Below, in pieces: positions 1-9,248 of a DNA stretch of 64,000 nucleotides. Source of the stretch: Bacteroidota bacterium (GTDB taxonomy: Bacteria; Bacteroidota; Bacteroidia; Chitinophagales; Chitinophagaceae); contig JAFDYA010000038.1 in NCBI GenBank assembly GCA_018267675.1, forward strand, positions 557 through 64,556, written 5' to 3'. Position 1 is the first letter of the stretch; each line of letters opens with the position of its first letter. The position numbers and the translations under genes were made by a program. Below the pieces are notes generated by a model that had not been told where the DNA came from, made no database searches, and saw only the letters and a program-made list of their open reading frames with translations.

Positions 1-2160
1 AAAAGGGCGATTGTGCGCAATGCTCGTTCGCAATACGGAGAAGGGTTTGTGCATTCAGAGCAGATAAAGCGAAATGCGGACAATAGTATTTATGGCTGGC
101 ATAGTGTCTATACCACTTGTGCTTTGGATACGCCGCATTTTGGTATTCGGGCCAATAGAATTAAAATCATTCCCGGACAAATTATTGTTACAGGCTCCGC
201 TAATCTAACCGTAGAGGGCGTACCCACACCTATTTATCTGCCCTTTGGCGTCTTTCCTGTTTCGGAAACTCAGCGCTCCGGTTTTCGAATTCCGTCTTAC
301 ACAATTGAGGAAAGAAGAGGTTTGGGCATCACCAATGGTGGGTATTATTTCCACCTTTCAGACTATGCCGATTTGTTGTTGTTGGGTACATTTTATTCTA
401 AAGGGAGTTATAGTGCAAGCGCCGTGAGTACCTATGCAAAGCGATATCATTATACCGGCGGATTCTCCTTCAATTATGCCTACAACAAGCTGGGAGAAGT
501 GTATGAACCCGGCTCCTCCATTGATAAGCAATTTGCCCTTCAATGGCGTCATGCTACTGATGCTAAGGCGCACCCCGGACAGACTTTTAGCACGAATGTG
601 AACATTCAGAAGGGGAATTATTATTCCGACAATAGTTACAATCCCAACCAGATCACTCAGAATCAGTTTGCCAGCAGTATCAGCTACCAAAAAAACTGGA
701 AGAATAAGCCGTTTAGCTTCGCTGCCAGTGCGGATTTCAACCAGAATACTGCTACCCATGTGGCAGACCTTCAACTGCCAAATTTGAGCTTCTCTGTGGC
801 CCAAATCACACCATTTGCTAATAACAATCGGATAGGAAAGGCAAGGTGGTACGAGAAAATCTCCCTGAGTTACAGCTTTAGTGGTATTTCGCGAACTAGC
901 TTTTATGATACGGCCTTTCAACTCTCAAGGCTGAGTCTTAATGATTTTAAGTATGGTATTCGGCATACTGTGCCAATAAGCGCGTCCTATACCATGGCGA
1001 GATACATCAATGTGTCCTTCAACATTAATTACAATGAATATTGGCTCACAGAGCAACTCTATCAGTATTATAATAATGTTGACCAAAAACTGGATAGTGT
1101 ACAGCATCGCGGGTTTTTCACCGCCAGAGATATGAATGCAAGTGCCAATTTCTCTACTAGAATTTATGGTATCAAGCGTTGGAACTCCGGTACCCTTGCA
1201 GGTATTCGACACGTGCTCACCCCGAATGCAAGTTTTACCTACACACCTGATTTGGCAGCAAAGCCATTCAATAATGCGTACAAAACTTACCTTACCCCTG
1301 GCGGCAATTTTGGCTACTATTCGCCTTATACAAGCTCTGTGGTTGGGACGCCGGGCTTGGGGCAGTTTGGGAAATATGCCAGCACCATAAACTTTGGTCT
1401 CAACAACAATTTACAACTCAAAACCCGCAAGGGCAAAGACTCTACAGCCACCACAAAGAATATAACCTTGATTGATGGGTTGAGCTTGAATAGTGGCTAC
1501 AATTTAGCCGCTGATTCTTTCGGATGGTCGAATGTGACGATGTCTTTTCGGACCAATATTTTGGATAAAATCTCCATTAACGGCGGAGCAAATTTTACCC
1601 CCTACATTTTTGATCACGACCAGGGAAGGCCTATCAACCAGTTGGCTTGGAATAATGGTGGTTTCCTGAACTTTCAAAACGCCAACCTAGGGCTTAATTC
1701 CAGCTTTCGGGCTCCTCAGCGAAACAAAAACACCGAAACCAGCAGGACGGAACGTGAGGAAGTATCCCGCATGATGCGCTCGGGGTATGGGGATTATGTG
1801 GACTTCAACATTCCCTGGACACTGAATATAGGGTATAATTTATCGCTTAATAAACGGTATCGGACAACAGCATTGGGAGGGGATACCTTAGTGCTGGAGC
1901 ATAGTGCCCTTTTTAGTGGCGATTTTAATCTGACACCCAACTGGAAAGTAACCTTCTCTTCCGGTTACAATTTTACTACGCGCGATTTGTCCATGACCAG
2001 CATTAATATTTTGCGGGATTTACACTGCTGGGAGATGAGCTTGGGCACCTTTCCATTTGGCCCACGTAAAAGCTATAATTTTTCACTCAACGTGAAGGCT
2101 TCTGTGCTTCAAGATTTGAAATTGCTGCGGCGAAGAGATTATCGGGATGCGGCGTTTTAG
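1..2160 (+). CDS. LptD-like LPS-assembly outer-membrane protein, C-terminal ~719 aa (5' end upstream of window)
   Basis: Frame 1 is open from base 1, so the track ORF at 13 starts at an internal GTG. Long Asn/Tyr/Ser/Gly-rich beta-strand-type sequence ending in ...RDYRDAAF. Resembles the large 'putative LPS assembly protein LptD' of Bacteroidota. Confidence 0.6.
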   Translation, partial: KRAIVRNARSQYGEGFVHSEQIKRNADNSIYGWHSVYTTCALDTPHFGIRANRIKIIPGQIIVTGSANLTVEGVPTPIYLPFGVFPVSETQRSGFRIPSYTIEERRGLGITNGGYYFHLSDYADLLLLGTFYSKGSYSASAVSTYAKRYHYTGGFSFNYAYNKLGEVYEPGSSIDKQFALQWRHATDAKAHPGQTFSTNVNIQKGNYYSDNSYNPNQITQNQFASSISYQKNWKNKPFSFAASADFNQNTATHVADLQLPNLSFSVAQITPFANNNRIGKARWYEKISLSYSFSGISRTSFYDTAFQLSRLSLNDFKYGIRHTVPISASYTMARYINVSFNINYNEYWLTEQLYQYYNNVDQKLDSVQHRGFFTARDMNASANFSTRIYGIKRWNSGTLAGIRHVLTPNASFTYTPDLAAKPFNNAYKTYLTPGGNFGYYSPYTSSVVGTPGLGQFGKYASTINFGLNNNLQLKTRKGKDSTATTKNITLIDGLSLNSGYNLAADSFGWSNVTMSFRTNILDKISINGGANFTPYIFDHDQGRPINQLAWNNGGFLNFQNANLGLNSSFRAPQRNKNTETSRTEREEVSRMMRSGYGDYVDFNIPWTLNIGYNLSLNKRYRTTALGGDTLVLEHSALFSGDFNLTPNWKVTFSSGYNFTTRDLSMTSINILRDLHCWEMSLGTFPFGPRKSYNFSLNVKASVLQDLKLLRRRDYRDAAF

Positions 2161-2163
2161 GCA

Positions 2164-2550
2164 CTAACGATGTTCCTTCAATTTGCCATATCGTACAAAC
2201 ATATAGAGGTACAAAACGCGCGACCAACGCATGAGCCAGGGTTGGAGCAGCAAGGTGATTCCAATTGCTATTCCCAAATACCAGAAGGCACTATTGTCGT
2301 GAATGCTAAAGCCCCATAATACGGCGAATGCTACCGCCACAGCGGTCATCACAGCAATGGATAGGGCATAACTCACGTAGCCGGTACCAAAATAAAAGCC
2401 GGGTTCCAGTTCCATTTTTTGAGTACAAATAGGGCAGCGTTTCGGCATGTTGAGCATCCCAGTCAAAGGGAATACAGATGGCTGACTAAACATATTGCCC
2501 TTGCGACAACAAGGGCATTTCATCTTAATAATGGCAAGCAAGGCGGACAT
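2164..2550 (-). CDS. DUF983-family small membrane protein (two CxxC pairs plus 2 TM helices)
   Basis: 128-aa ORF with an ATG start. N-terminal CPCC...CPIC zinc-ribbon-like motif followed by two hydrophobic helices, the typical DUF983 architecture. Confidence 0.7.
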   Translation of the reverse strand: MSALLAIIKMKCPCCRKGNMFSQPSVFPLTGMLNMPKRCPICTQKMELEPGFYFGTGYVSYALSIAVMTAVAVAFAVLWGFSIHDNSAFWYLGIAIGITLLLQPWLMRWSRVLYLYMFVRYGKLKEHR

Positions 2551-2674
2551 AGAACGATCGGAGAATTCTCAGTTGCTGCAAAATTAATCTTAGATACTGT
2601 ACCTCCATTTTTATTACATCAAATAGGTGACTGTAAGGGCGGATATGCTGTTGTGACTTTTTGGGGAAGTAGCA

Positions 2675-4492
2675 TCAGTTGCCCTCAGGCGGGTGGAAGT
2701 ATGCGTGGACAATGCGGGCTTTACTGGCGCCGATTTGCGCGGTCAGCTCTCGTTCCGTAAGTTGTTTTATCTGGGCTACGCTTCGGAATCTTTGCAGTAA
2801 TTCTGTGGCAGTCTGTGGCCCGATACCGGGAATCGCTTCCAGCTCATTTTTTATCGTACCCTTACTCCGCAGTTGTCTGTGAAACGTGATACCAAAACGG
2901 TGCACTTCGTCCCGAATGCGGCGAATGAGCAGATGGGGTGCTGAGTCATAGGGGAGTTGTAGCCCCTCAGCATCCCCAGGGAAGAAGATGGTCTCTTCTT
3001 TCTTTGCTAGTCCGACAAGGGTCATCTTGCCTCGGATATTCAGCCGGTCAATGCTTGATAACGCTGCACCAAGTTGCCCTTTCCCGCCATCAATTATTAC
3101 CAGCTGTGGTAGGGGTTTTCCTTCGCGAAGCAGGCGACTATAACGACGATACACCACTTCAGCCATAGAAGCAAAGTCGTCAATCCCTTCTACTGTCTTT
3201 ACGTGGTAATGGCGATATTCTTTGTTTGCTGGTTTCCCACCTTTGAACACAACCATTGCGGATACGGGGTAGGATCCCTGAAAATTGGAGTTGTCAAAAC
3301 ATTCGATATGCTCCGGCAATTCCGATAGCGACAAGGCTTCCTGTAGTTGGGTTAGCACCTCTTGGTGTACCATCTGCTTCGTTGCTTCGCCGATCAATAG
3401 GCGGCTTCGTTTCAACATGTCTGCACGGAATATTTCAGCATTCTTCAAACTTAGCTCTACCAGTTTTTTCTTATCTCCGGCACGGGGGATGGTCAGCCGG
3501 ACATTAGGCTCAGCCAATGCAATCGCAATACTCGATATTATTTCAGTTGCTTGACTTCCGAAACGTTCCCGAAGATTGGCTACGGCTAGGGATAGAACAT
3601 CTTCCTCGGTTTCCTCAAGCTTACGCTCAATGTCTAAAGTCTGTGCGTAGATGACGGTACCATTGGCTACCATCATGTAGTTCACAAAGGCATGTTCTTG
3701 CTCCAAAATTATTGTAGCCACATCCAGGGTGCCCAGGCGCGGATTCACTACCGTGCTTTTGCTTTGGAAATTTTGCAGCGATTCAATTTTTTGGCGGAGT
3801 TGCTCGGCTTTTTCAAAATGGAGGTGGGTAGCAAGCTGTTGCATTTGAGCCTTCATTGAGCGGATCACTTCGCCGGTATTGCCTTTCAAGATATGGCGGA
3901 TATGCTGGAGGCCTTCATTGTAATCTTCCTCAGTCTGTAGTCCTTCACATGGGCCTTTGCAATTACCCAGATGATATTCCAGACAGACTTTGTATTTGCG
4001 TTTCGCAATCTGGCTAGGAGAAAGATTGAGCTTGCAATTACGAAGAGGTATGCTCTGCCGAATGAGTTCGAGTAGTTCCCGTACTCGGAAGATGCTCGTA
4101 AACGGGCCGATATATTCGGAGCCATCGCGGACAATGTTTCTTGTAAAAAAGACCCGCGGAAAATGCTCTTTTTTGATCACGACATAGGGGTAGGTCTTGT
4201 CGTCTTTGAGGTTGATGTTGTACCGAGGTTGATAGTGTTTGATCAGGGAGTTTTCCAGCAGAAAGGCATCATGTTCGGAGTCGGTAATCGTGAATTCAAT
4301 TTGGGCAATCTGGGCAACTAGTTTCTTTGTTTTGTAGCTGTCAAGATTCTTGTTGAAATAGGAGGAAACCCGCTTAAATAAATCTTTTGCTTTACCCACA
4401 TAAAGCAATTCACCCGAAGAACTGAAGTATTTATAGCAGCCGGGTTGGTGCGGAATAGACGAGGATATTTCCCTATACTGTTCTTTAGTCAT
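2675..4492 (-). CDS. uvrC: Excinuclease ABC subunit C
   Basis: 605 aa. N-terminal GIY-YIG region (PGCYKYF...LLYVGKAKDL...R), a UvrBC-interaction region, and a C-terminal (HhH)2 (IPGIGPQTATELLQRF). Confidence 0.95.
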   Translation of the reverse strand: MTKEQYREISSSIPHQPGCYKYFSSSGELLYVGKAKDLFKRVSSYFNKNLDSYKTKKLVAQIAQIEFTITDSEHDAFLLENSLIKHYQPRYNINLKDDKTYPYVVIKKEHFPRVFFTRNIVRDGSEYIGPFTSIFRVRELLELIRQSIPLRNCKLNLSPSQIAKRKYKVCLEYHLGNCKGPCEGLQTEEDYNEGLQHIRHILKGNTGEVIRSMKAQMQQLATHLHFEKAEQLRQKIESLQNFQSKSTVVNPRLGTLDVATIILEQEHAFVNYMMVANGTVIYAQTLDIERKLEETEEDVLSLAVANLRERFGSQATEIISSIAIALAEPNVRLTIPRAGDKKKLVELSLKNAEIFRADMLKRSRLLIGEATKQMVHQEVLTQLQEALSLSELPEHIECFDNSNFQGSYPVSAMVVFKGGKPANKEYRHYHVKTVEGIDDFASMAEVVYRRYSRLLREGKPLPQLVIIDGGKGQLGAALSSIDRLNIRGKMTLVGLAKKEETIFFPGDAEGLQLPYDSAPHLLIRRIRDEVHRFGITFHRQLRSKGTIKNELEAIPGIGPQTATELLQRFRSVAQIKQLTERELTAQIGASKARIVHAYFHPPEGN

Positions 4493-4497
4493 TTTTC

Positions 4498-5112
4498 TTA
4501 AATCCCCGATTCAATGTTGCTTTCAGTTTCCGGAAATCTAATTTCAACAATCAGGCTTTTGTCCTTGCCAATGAAGTAACCCTCATGCTCCTGAATTTGG
4601 ATGATGTTGTGGGGAATGAAGAGGAGCTTTTTATTGCTTGATGTCCAAAAATTTTTCCGAGCTGTTTCGATATAGATACTCGTAATCTTGTTGGTAAAGG
4701 GGTCAATACTGATCTGCAATTGTCGGGTATAGAGCTTAGGATTCTTGGCAGTATAGACAAAGCTGTGTGTACCGGTGATATTATCGTCAAACTGACTGAA
4801 TGCGTATTGGCCAAGGTATTTTCGTGTAGCAATATCACTTTCGTTGAAGGCATCAAAGATGGGTGCCCAATTCATACTGAGCATGTTGGTCATATTGCTA
4901 TCCTTAGTGCCATTTAGCTTACTCACTCGGATGAGGCTTATGGGCTGTCCTTGGTTGATTTCAATTTGGTCTTTAATAAATGATTTAATGGAAAAGTAGG
5001 CACTATCAGCAGGTAACGGGCGATCATCTGCTTTGATGGGGCTACAGGAAGATTGGAAAAATGCGAGAAATCCAAACAATAAAATGAAGTAGATAGCCAC
5101 TTTGTTCAACAT
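4498..5112 (-). CDS. Hypothetical lipoprotein
   Basis: 204-aa ORF. Signal peptide with a lipobox-like FFQSSC. No recognisable catalytic motif. Confidence 0.6.
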   Translation of the reverse strand: MLNKVAIYFILLFGFLAFFQSSCSPIKADDRPLPADSAYFSIKSFIKDQIEINQGQPISLIRVSKLNGTKDSNMTNMLSMNWAPIFDAFNESDIATRKYLGQYAFSQFDDNITGTHSFVYTAKNPKLYTRQLQISIDPFTNKITSIYIETARKNFWTSSNKKLLFIPHNIIQIQEHEGYFIGKDKSLIVEIRFPETESNIESGI

Positions 5113-5239
5113 GGAACGAAGGTAGTTATTCTAGCAAAGCGTATAACCGGCAACAGTATCGTGAAATGGTTTTTTGGGGGAAGAAATACCCCGTCTGGAT
5201 GCCGAGTTGCAGGTCAGCGGCCAATGTGCCGTGGCCAAG

Positions 5240-5818
5240 TCAATTCAGCTGCGGATCAATTGGGATATTCACCAGATAATTGAATTCTGCTCCCAAGGTC
5301 GCAATCGCTTCTTTCCATAGTTCTTCTGCCGGAGTATCAAAAATTAGTTTTTCTGTGGCATGGGCGACCACCCAAGAGCCTTCTTTCATTTCTTCAGCTA
5401 GCTGGTCCTTGCTCCAGCCGGAATATCCGATTAGGCAGCGAATATCTTTCGGATTGTACGTGTGTTGGGTAAGCGCATCTTGAAGCTGCTCCCAACTTCC
5501 ACCCCAATATACACCCGGCACGACTTCCGCCCCGCCAAGGTCAAGCGTAGGGCGGTGTAGGATATGTAGCGTATCTAGTTGAACAGGGCCGCCTTGAAAA
5601 ACGGTCAACTCCGGCGTGACCACTCCAGGTATCACATCACCAAGGGTGGCCGTGGTTGGACGGTCAAGGACAAAACCCATCGTTCCCTCTTCGCCATGTT
5701 CGCATATCAAGACGACACTCCTTGAAAAATTGGGATCATTGAGTAGGGGGGCTGCAATAAGCAGCTTCCCAATGCCGGGCGCAATACCGCTTTGTTTGCT
5801 AGGATTCAGAAAGTCCAT
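5240..5818 (-). CDS. YqgE/AlgH-family (UPF0301) protein
   Basis: 192 aa. Contains LLIAAPLLNDPNFSRSVVLICEHGEEGTMGFVLDRP, the characteristic N-terminal block of the family. Confidence 0.85.
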   Translation of the reverse strand: MDFLNPSKQSGIAPGIGKLLIAAPLLNDPNFSRSVVLICEHGEEGTMGFVLDRPTTATLGDVIPGVVTPELTVFQGGPVQLDTLHILHRPTLDLGGAEVVPGVYWGGSWEQLQDALTQHTYNPKDIRCLIGYSGWSKDQLAEEMKEGSWVVAHATEKLIFDTPAEELWKEAIATLGAEFNYLVNIPIDPQLN

Positions 5819-5975
5819 TTCGTTTTTAAAAAATACCCTTAAAAGTGCATAGAAAATTTGAACTCTGCTAACTTGGGTATCGTAAAAAGGGGGAAGCCTT
5901 GAAGGGTTATCGGCTTAATAGCCCAGTATTCAGCTAGTTTCAAGACAATAAAATATTTTTTTGAAAAAAAATTTG

Positions 5976-6019
5976 CGTAGCCAAATAGCTACGTTTATTT
6001 TTGTAGTCAAATAACTACA
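5976..6019 (+). promoter_or_regulatory. Twin palindromic operators flanking or overlapping a TAnnTTTG promoter box, upstream of the ArsR-family gene
   Basis: CGTAGC-CAAATA-GCTACG (5976..5993) and TGTAGT-CAAATA-ACTACA (6002..6019). Both have 6-bp inverted arms and an identical 6-nt spacer, 26 bp apart. TATTTTTG (5996..6003) matches the Bacteroidota -7 box TAnnTTTG. Confidence 0.6.
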
Positions 6020-6021
6020 CA

Positions 6022-6348
6022 ACGAACTTAAGACGCGACGCATTTCAAGCTATTTCCGACCCAACTAGGCGTGCGATTTTGCTCTTACTCACCGCACAGA
6101 CACTGTCAGCAGGTGCCATTGCCGCCAACTTCGACACGGCCAGGCCGACGGTTTCAAGACATCTACAAATCCTTACCGAATGTGAGCTGCTCCGGCAAAC
6201 GCAACGAGGTAGAGAAATTTACTATCAGATTAATGCAGAAAAAATGAAAGAGGTTGCGGATTTTATTGAGCCTTTTAGGCAGATGTGGGACGACAGGTTC
6301 AACAAGTTGGAAACTGTGATGAAAAATTATCAATCAAAAAATAAATAG
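6022..6348 (+). CDS. ArsR/SmtB-family winged-helix transcriptional regulator (no canonical start at the expected position; nearest canonical start is TTG 6079)
   Basis: The frame is open from 6007. Translation from 6022 reads (T)[25 protein letters not shown]...TVSRHLQIL. The conserved 'FxAxxDPTRRxIL' helix lies upstream of the track start at 6079. ACG occupies the position where homologs have ATG. Confidence 0.65.
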   Translation, partial: TNLRRDAFQAISDPTRRAILLLLTAQTLSAGAIAANFDTARPTVSRHLQILTECELLRQTQRGREIYYQINAEKMKEVADFIEPFRQMWDDRFNKLETVMKNYQSKNK

Positions 6349-6350
6349 TA

Positions 6351-6818
6351 ATGAAAAACAGAACAAACATTAATGCAGCAGAAGACAGGCAAGACCTTTT
6401 AATTACGCGTGATTTCGACTTACCGGTCGAGCTCCTATTTAAGGCATATACTGAACCGGAATTACTGGAACAATGGATGGGAACAAAAGTGATCAAACTA
6501 GAAAATAGGAATCATGGAAGTTTTCAATTTGAGACTGCGCACAAAGGGAATATCGTGTTTAGAGCAAATGGAACGATCCATGAAATCATGCCGGATCAGA
6601 AAATCGTTAGAACCTTTGAAATGGAAAACGCAGAAATCGGGGTACAACTTGAATTTTTAGTGTTTGAAAAGATGAGTGATACCACGAGTAAACTTTCTAT
6701 TCATATCATTTACAAATCAGTAGCCCACAGGGCGGCGCAATTGAAACTACCCTTCGACTATGGTATTAATATGGCCCATGATCGCCTTCAGGAAATGTTT
6801 AACGAACTAAAAAAATAA
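6351..6818 (+). CDS. SRPBCC (AHSA1/START-like) domain protein
   Basis: 155 aa. Contains LLITRDFDLPVELLFKAYTEPELLEQWMG, typical of Aha1-like SRPBCC proteins that follow ArsR regulators. Lies 2 nt after the arsR-like stop. Confidence 0.8.
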   Translation: MKNRTNINAAEDRQDLLITRDFDLPVELLFKAYTEPELLEQWMGTKVIKLENRNHGSFQFETAHKGNIVFRANGTIHEIMPDQKIVRTFEMENAEIGVQLEFLVFEKMSDTTSKLSIHIIYKSVAHRAAQLKLPFDYGINMAHDRLQEMFNELKK

Positions 6819-6822
6819 AAAA

Positions 6823-7218
6823 ATGATAAAGAGAGAAAAAATCTTCTATTGGGTAGCTACTGCCTTGCTTGCGGCTGCCATGCTGAACAGTGGCATAATC
6901 CAACTATTCAGAATTAAAGCGGCTTTGTATGACGTAACTACGATGCCCCATTTAGGATACCCGATTTACTTTTTGACTATTTTGGGTGTTTGGAAGCTTT
7001 TGGGAGTCGTTGCCATTCTGGTACCAAGGTTTCCGTTGATAAAAGAGTGGGCTTATGCAGGCTTCTTTTTTACACTGTCCGGTGCAGCGATTTCTCATAT
7101 TGCCGTGGGTGATAAAGCGAATGAATGGGGGATTTCATTGTTTTTGCTCACCGTTACCGCAGTCTCTTGGTATTTTAGACCGGCAACAAGAAAATTTTCA
7201 ATTTCTAAACTTGACTAA
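6823..7218 (+). CDS. DoxX-like family membrane protein
   Basis: 131 aa with four hydrophobic helices. Conserved position in the ArsR-SRPBCC-DoxX operon type. Confidence 0.7.
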   Translation: MIKREKIFYWVATALLAAAMLNSGIIQLFRIKAALYDVTTMPHLGYPIYFLTILGVWKLLGVVAILVPRFPLIKEWAYAGFFFTLSGAAISHIAVGDKANEWGISLFLLTVTAVSWYFRPATRKFSISKLD

Positions 7219-7228
7219 ATCCTCCGAA

Positions 7229-7531
7229 ATGGCAAACACAACAATTGAAGAAGGCGTAGTTCACACAGTAACGGATGATATCAAAGAAGCTTTGCTGTCC
7301 GATCCAGAGCTTTTGGCCAGATGGAATAAGCTAACTCCACTTGCGCGGAATGAGTGGATATGCTGGACGACAATAGTCAAGCAGGAAGCTACCAGAAAGG
7401 AACACGTCAAGCGACTAAGTGAAAACATACTTCAAGGAAAGAAGCGACCTTGCTGCTGGCCGGGCTGCCCGCACCGGAATGAGACAGCAAAAAAATGGTT
7501 TAAAAAATCGGAAACTTGTCACTTGGATTGA
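7229..7531 (+). CDS. YdeI/OmpD-associated family protein
   Basis: The internal ATG at 7229 of the track ORF 7055..7531 gives a 100-aa protein, MANTTIEEG...LTPLARNEWICWTTIVKQEATRKEHVKRL, which is family-typical. The longer version would overlap DoxX. Confidence 0.75.
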   Translation: MANTTIEEGVVHTVTDDIKEALLSDPELLARWNKLTPLARNEWICWTTIVKQEATRKEHVKRLSENILQGKKRPCCWPGCPHRNETAKKWFKKSETCHLD

Positions 7532-7633
7532 ACCCTGAATTAGTAGCAGATAAATAGTTTGAAGGAAATGCGGCCTCAAATTTTGAGCTTGTGTAGAAAT
7601 TGGCTATTCCGTTGGTAAATTGCAGGCTTGCCT

Positions 7634-8356
7634 ATGCATCTTGTACCCGATATTTTACTGTTTGTTGTGACGCTTTTGGGTGGGCTACTTCCCATTCTCA
7701 CGCCGCCACTCAATGACCAAAAGATGCACTTGCTCTTGGCGTTTTCAGGCTCATTTCTATTGGGTATCACTTGTCTGCATTTGTTACCGGAGACTTTTGT
7801 AGAACTCCCTGAGAAGGCAGGTGTTTATTTGCTTTTTGGTTTTTTTCTTCAGCTCATCATTCAGCGAGCGACACATGGCGTAGAACATGGTCATGCTCAT
7901 TTTCATGGGGATGCAAGAGCCACCATCGTGCCTATTTTGGTAGGCTTGTCCGTTCATGCCTTTATGGAAGGAATGCCGCTTGGCTTCAATTACCGGAATG
8001 CGGCTACTAATCCATCACTTTACCTTGCCGTAGGAGCACACAAACTTCCGGAAGCAATGCTCTTAGGGATCTTATTAAATCAAGCTTTTGGAAAGTCGAG
8101 AGCTTTGGTATTTGTTTTACTATTTTCATTGGTTACGCCCTGCTCTGCGTTGCTAGCCTCTTTTCTAGGTCATAATTTTGGTGCAATGGCTAATACGGTT
8201 GCCATCCTTGTACCTATAGTTGCCGGTGCATTTATTCATATCGCTACAACTATCTTTTTTGAGAGTGGTACCAAGCATCATTCTTTAACTCGGCAGAAAA
8301 TAGTGGCTATGATTTTTGGGATTGGGCTGGCTGCATTTACTCTTTTATTTGAATAG
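7634..8356 (+). CDS. ZIP-family divalent metal (Zn/Fe) transporter
   Basis: Polytopic membrane protein with HLLPE, a His-rich loop HGVEHGHAHFHGD, and HAFMEGMPLG/HKLPEA motifs. ATG at 7634; the track start 7628 is TTG. Confidence 0.85.
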   Translation: MHLVPDILLFVVTLLGGLLPILTPPLNDQKMHLLLAFSGSFLLGITCLHLLPETFVELPEKAGVYLLFGFFLQLIIQRATHGVEHGHAHFHGDARATIVPILVGLSVHAFMEGMPLGFNYRNAATNPSLYLAVGAHKLPEAMLLGILLNQAFGKSRALVFVLLFSLVTPCSALLASFLGHNFGAMANTVAILVPIVAGAFIHIATTIFFESGTKHHSLTRQKIVAMIFGIGLAAFTLLFE

Positions 8357-8362
8357 ATTTTT

Positions 8363-9241
8363 ATGAGAAAACTTTTTGCGTGTTCGGTTCTTGCCGGGCT
8401 TTCCATTTTATTGCTGACGGCCTGCCGAGCGGAGAAAACGGCAACTGATGACCGTTCTTTGTTGTGGCAAATTTCCGGTAAGGGTTTGGCTAAACCTTCC
8501 TTTCTGTTTGGTACGATGCATATCATTTGTAAGCAAGATTACCTCTGGACCGACGCTATGAAAAAGGCCTTGAGCGCCAGTGAAAAAGTCTGTTTTGAAA
8601 TGGATATGGACGATCCGGAAATGTTTAAACAAGCGGCTTTAGGCATGGAGGATACTTCGTCCAAAGCACTAAAAGATTATTTTTCTGTAGCTCAATATGA
8701 GCAATTGAAGCAGTTTATGCAAGATTCGCTTGGTGTAGATATTAGTCAGATGCCGGACATGAAGCCCATGATGCTGGAGATGATGCTCACGGCTAAGATG
8801 GTACCCTGTGCTATCCCCGAAAGCTATGAAGGCAATATCATGACGATAGCCTCCGGTGAAAAGAAAGAAATAGTGGGCTTGGAGACATTGGAAGAGCAAA
8901 TGAATTTGTTGAACAATGTACCGGATGATAGTGCTGCACAAAGTTTGCTTTCCTTGGCGGACTCTTTTAGCAAAAGCAAGGCTCAATACACACAGATGGT
9001 GGCCAGTTATAAAAATCAGGACTTACCCCAATTGTATGCCCAGGTGAAAAAATCTAAAGACGAGGGGCTAGATATGGATGCTTTTTTGGATGAGCGAAAT
9101 AAAAAGTGGATACCCAAAATAGAGGAGAAGGCGCAAAAAAATGCAGTGTTCTTTGCAGTGGGCGCAGCTCATTTATACGGCCCTGGCGGGGTGATTAATC
9201 TACTGCGTAAGGCGGGTTATACGGTTGTGCCGATAAAGTAA
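8363..9241 (+). CDS. TraB/GumN-family protein (lipoprotein signal)
   Basis: 292 aa. Signal ending LLLTAC, then LLWQISGKGLAKPSFLFGTMHI, the GumN signature block, and a C-terminal AVGAAHL. Confidence 0.8.
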   Translation: MRKLFACSVLAGLSILLLTACRAEKTATDDRSLLWQISGKGLAKPSFLFGTMHIICKQDYLWTDAMKKALSASEKVCFEMDMDDPEMFKQAALGMEDTSSKALKDYFSVAQYEQLKQFMQDSLGVDISQMPDMKPMMLEMMLTAKMVPCAIPESYEGNIMTIASGEKKEIVGLETLEEQMNLLNNVPDDSAAQSLLSLADSFSKSKAQYTQMVASYKNQDLPQLYAQVKKSKDEGLDMDAFLDERNKKWIPKIEEKAQKNAVFFAVGAAHLYGPGGVINLLRKAGYTVVPIK

Positions 9242-9248
9242 GCTACCG

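Noticed and set aside
7055-7228. An N-terminal extension of the YdeI-like ORF that overlaps DoxX by 164 nt.
   Set aside because: The extension is out of character (Cys/Phe-rich with no homology pattern). An ATG at 7229 just after the DoxX stop gives the family-typical 100-aa protein.
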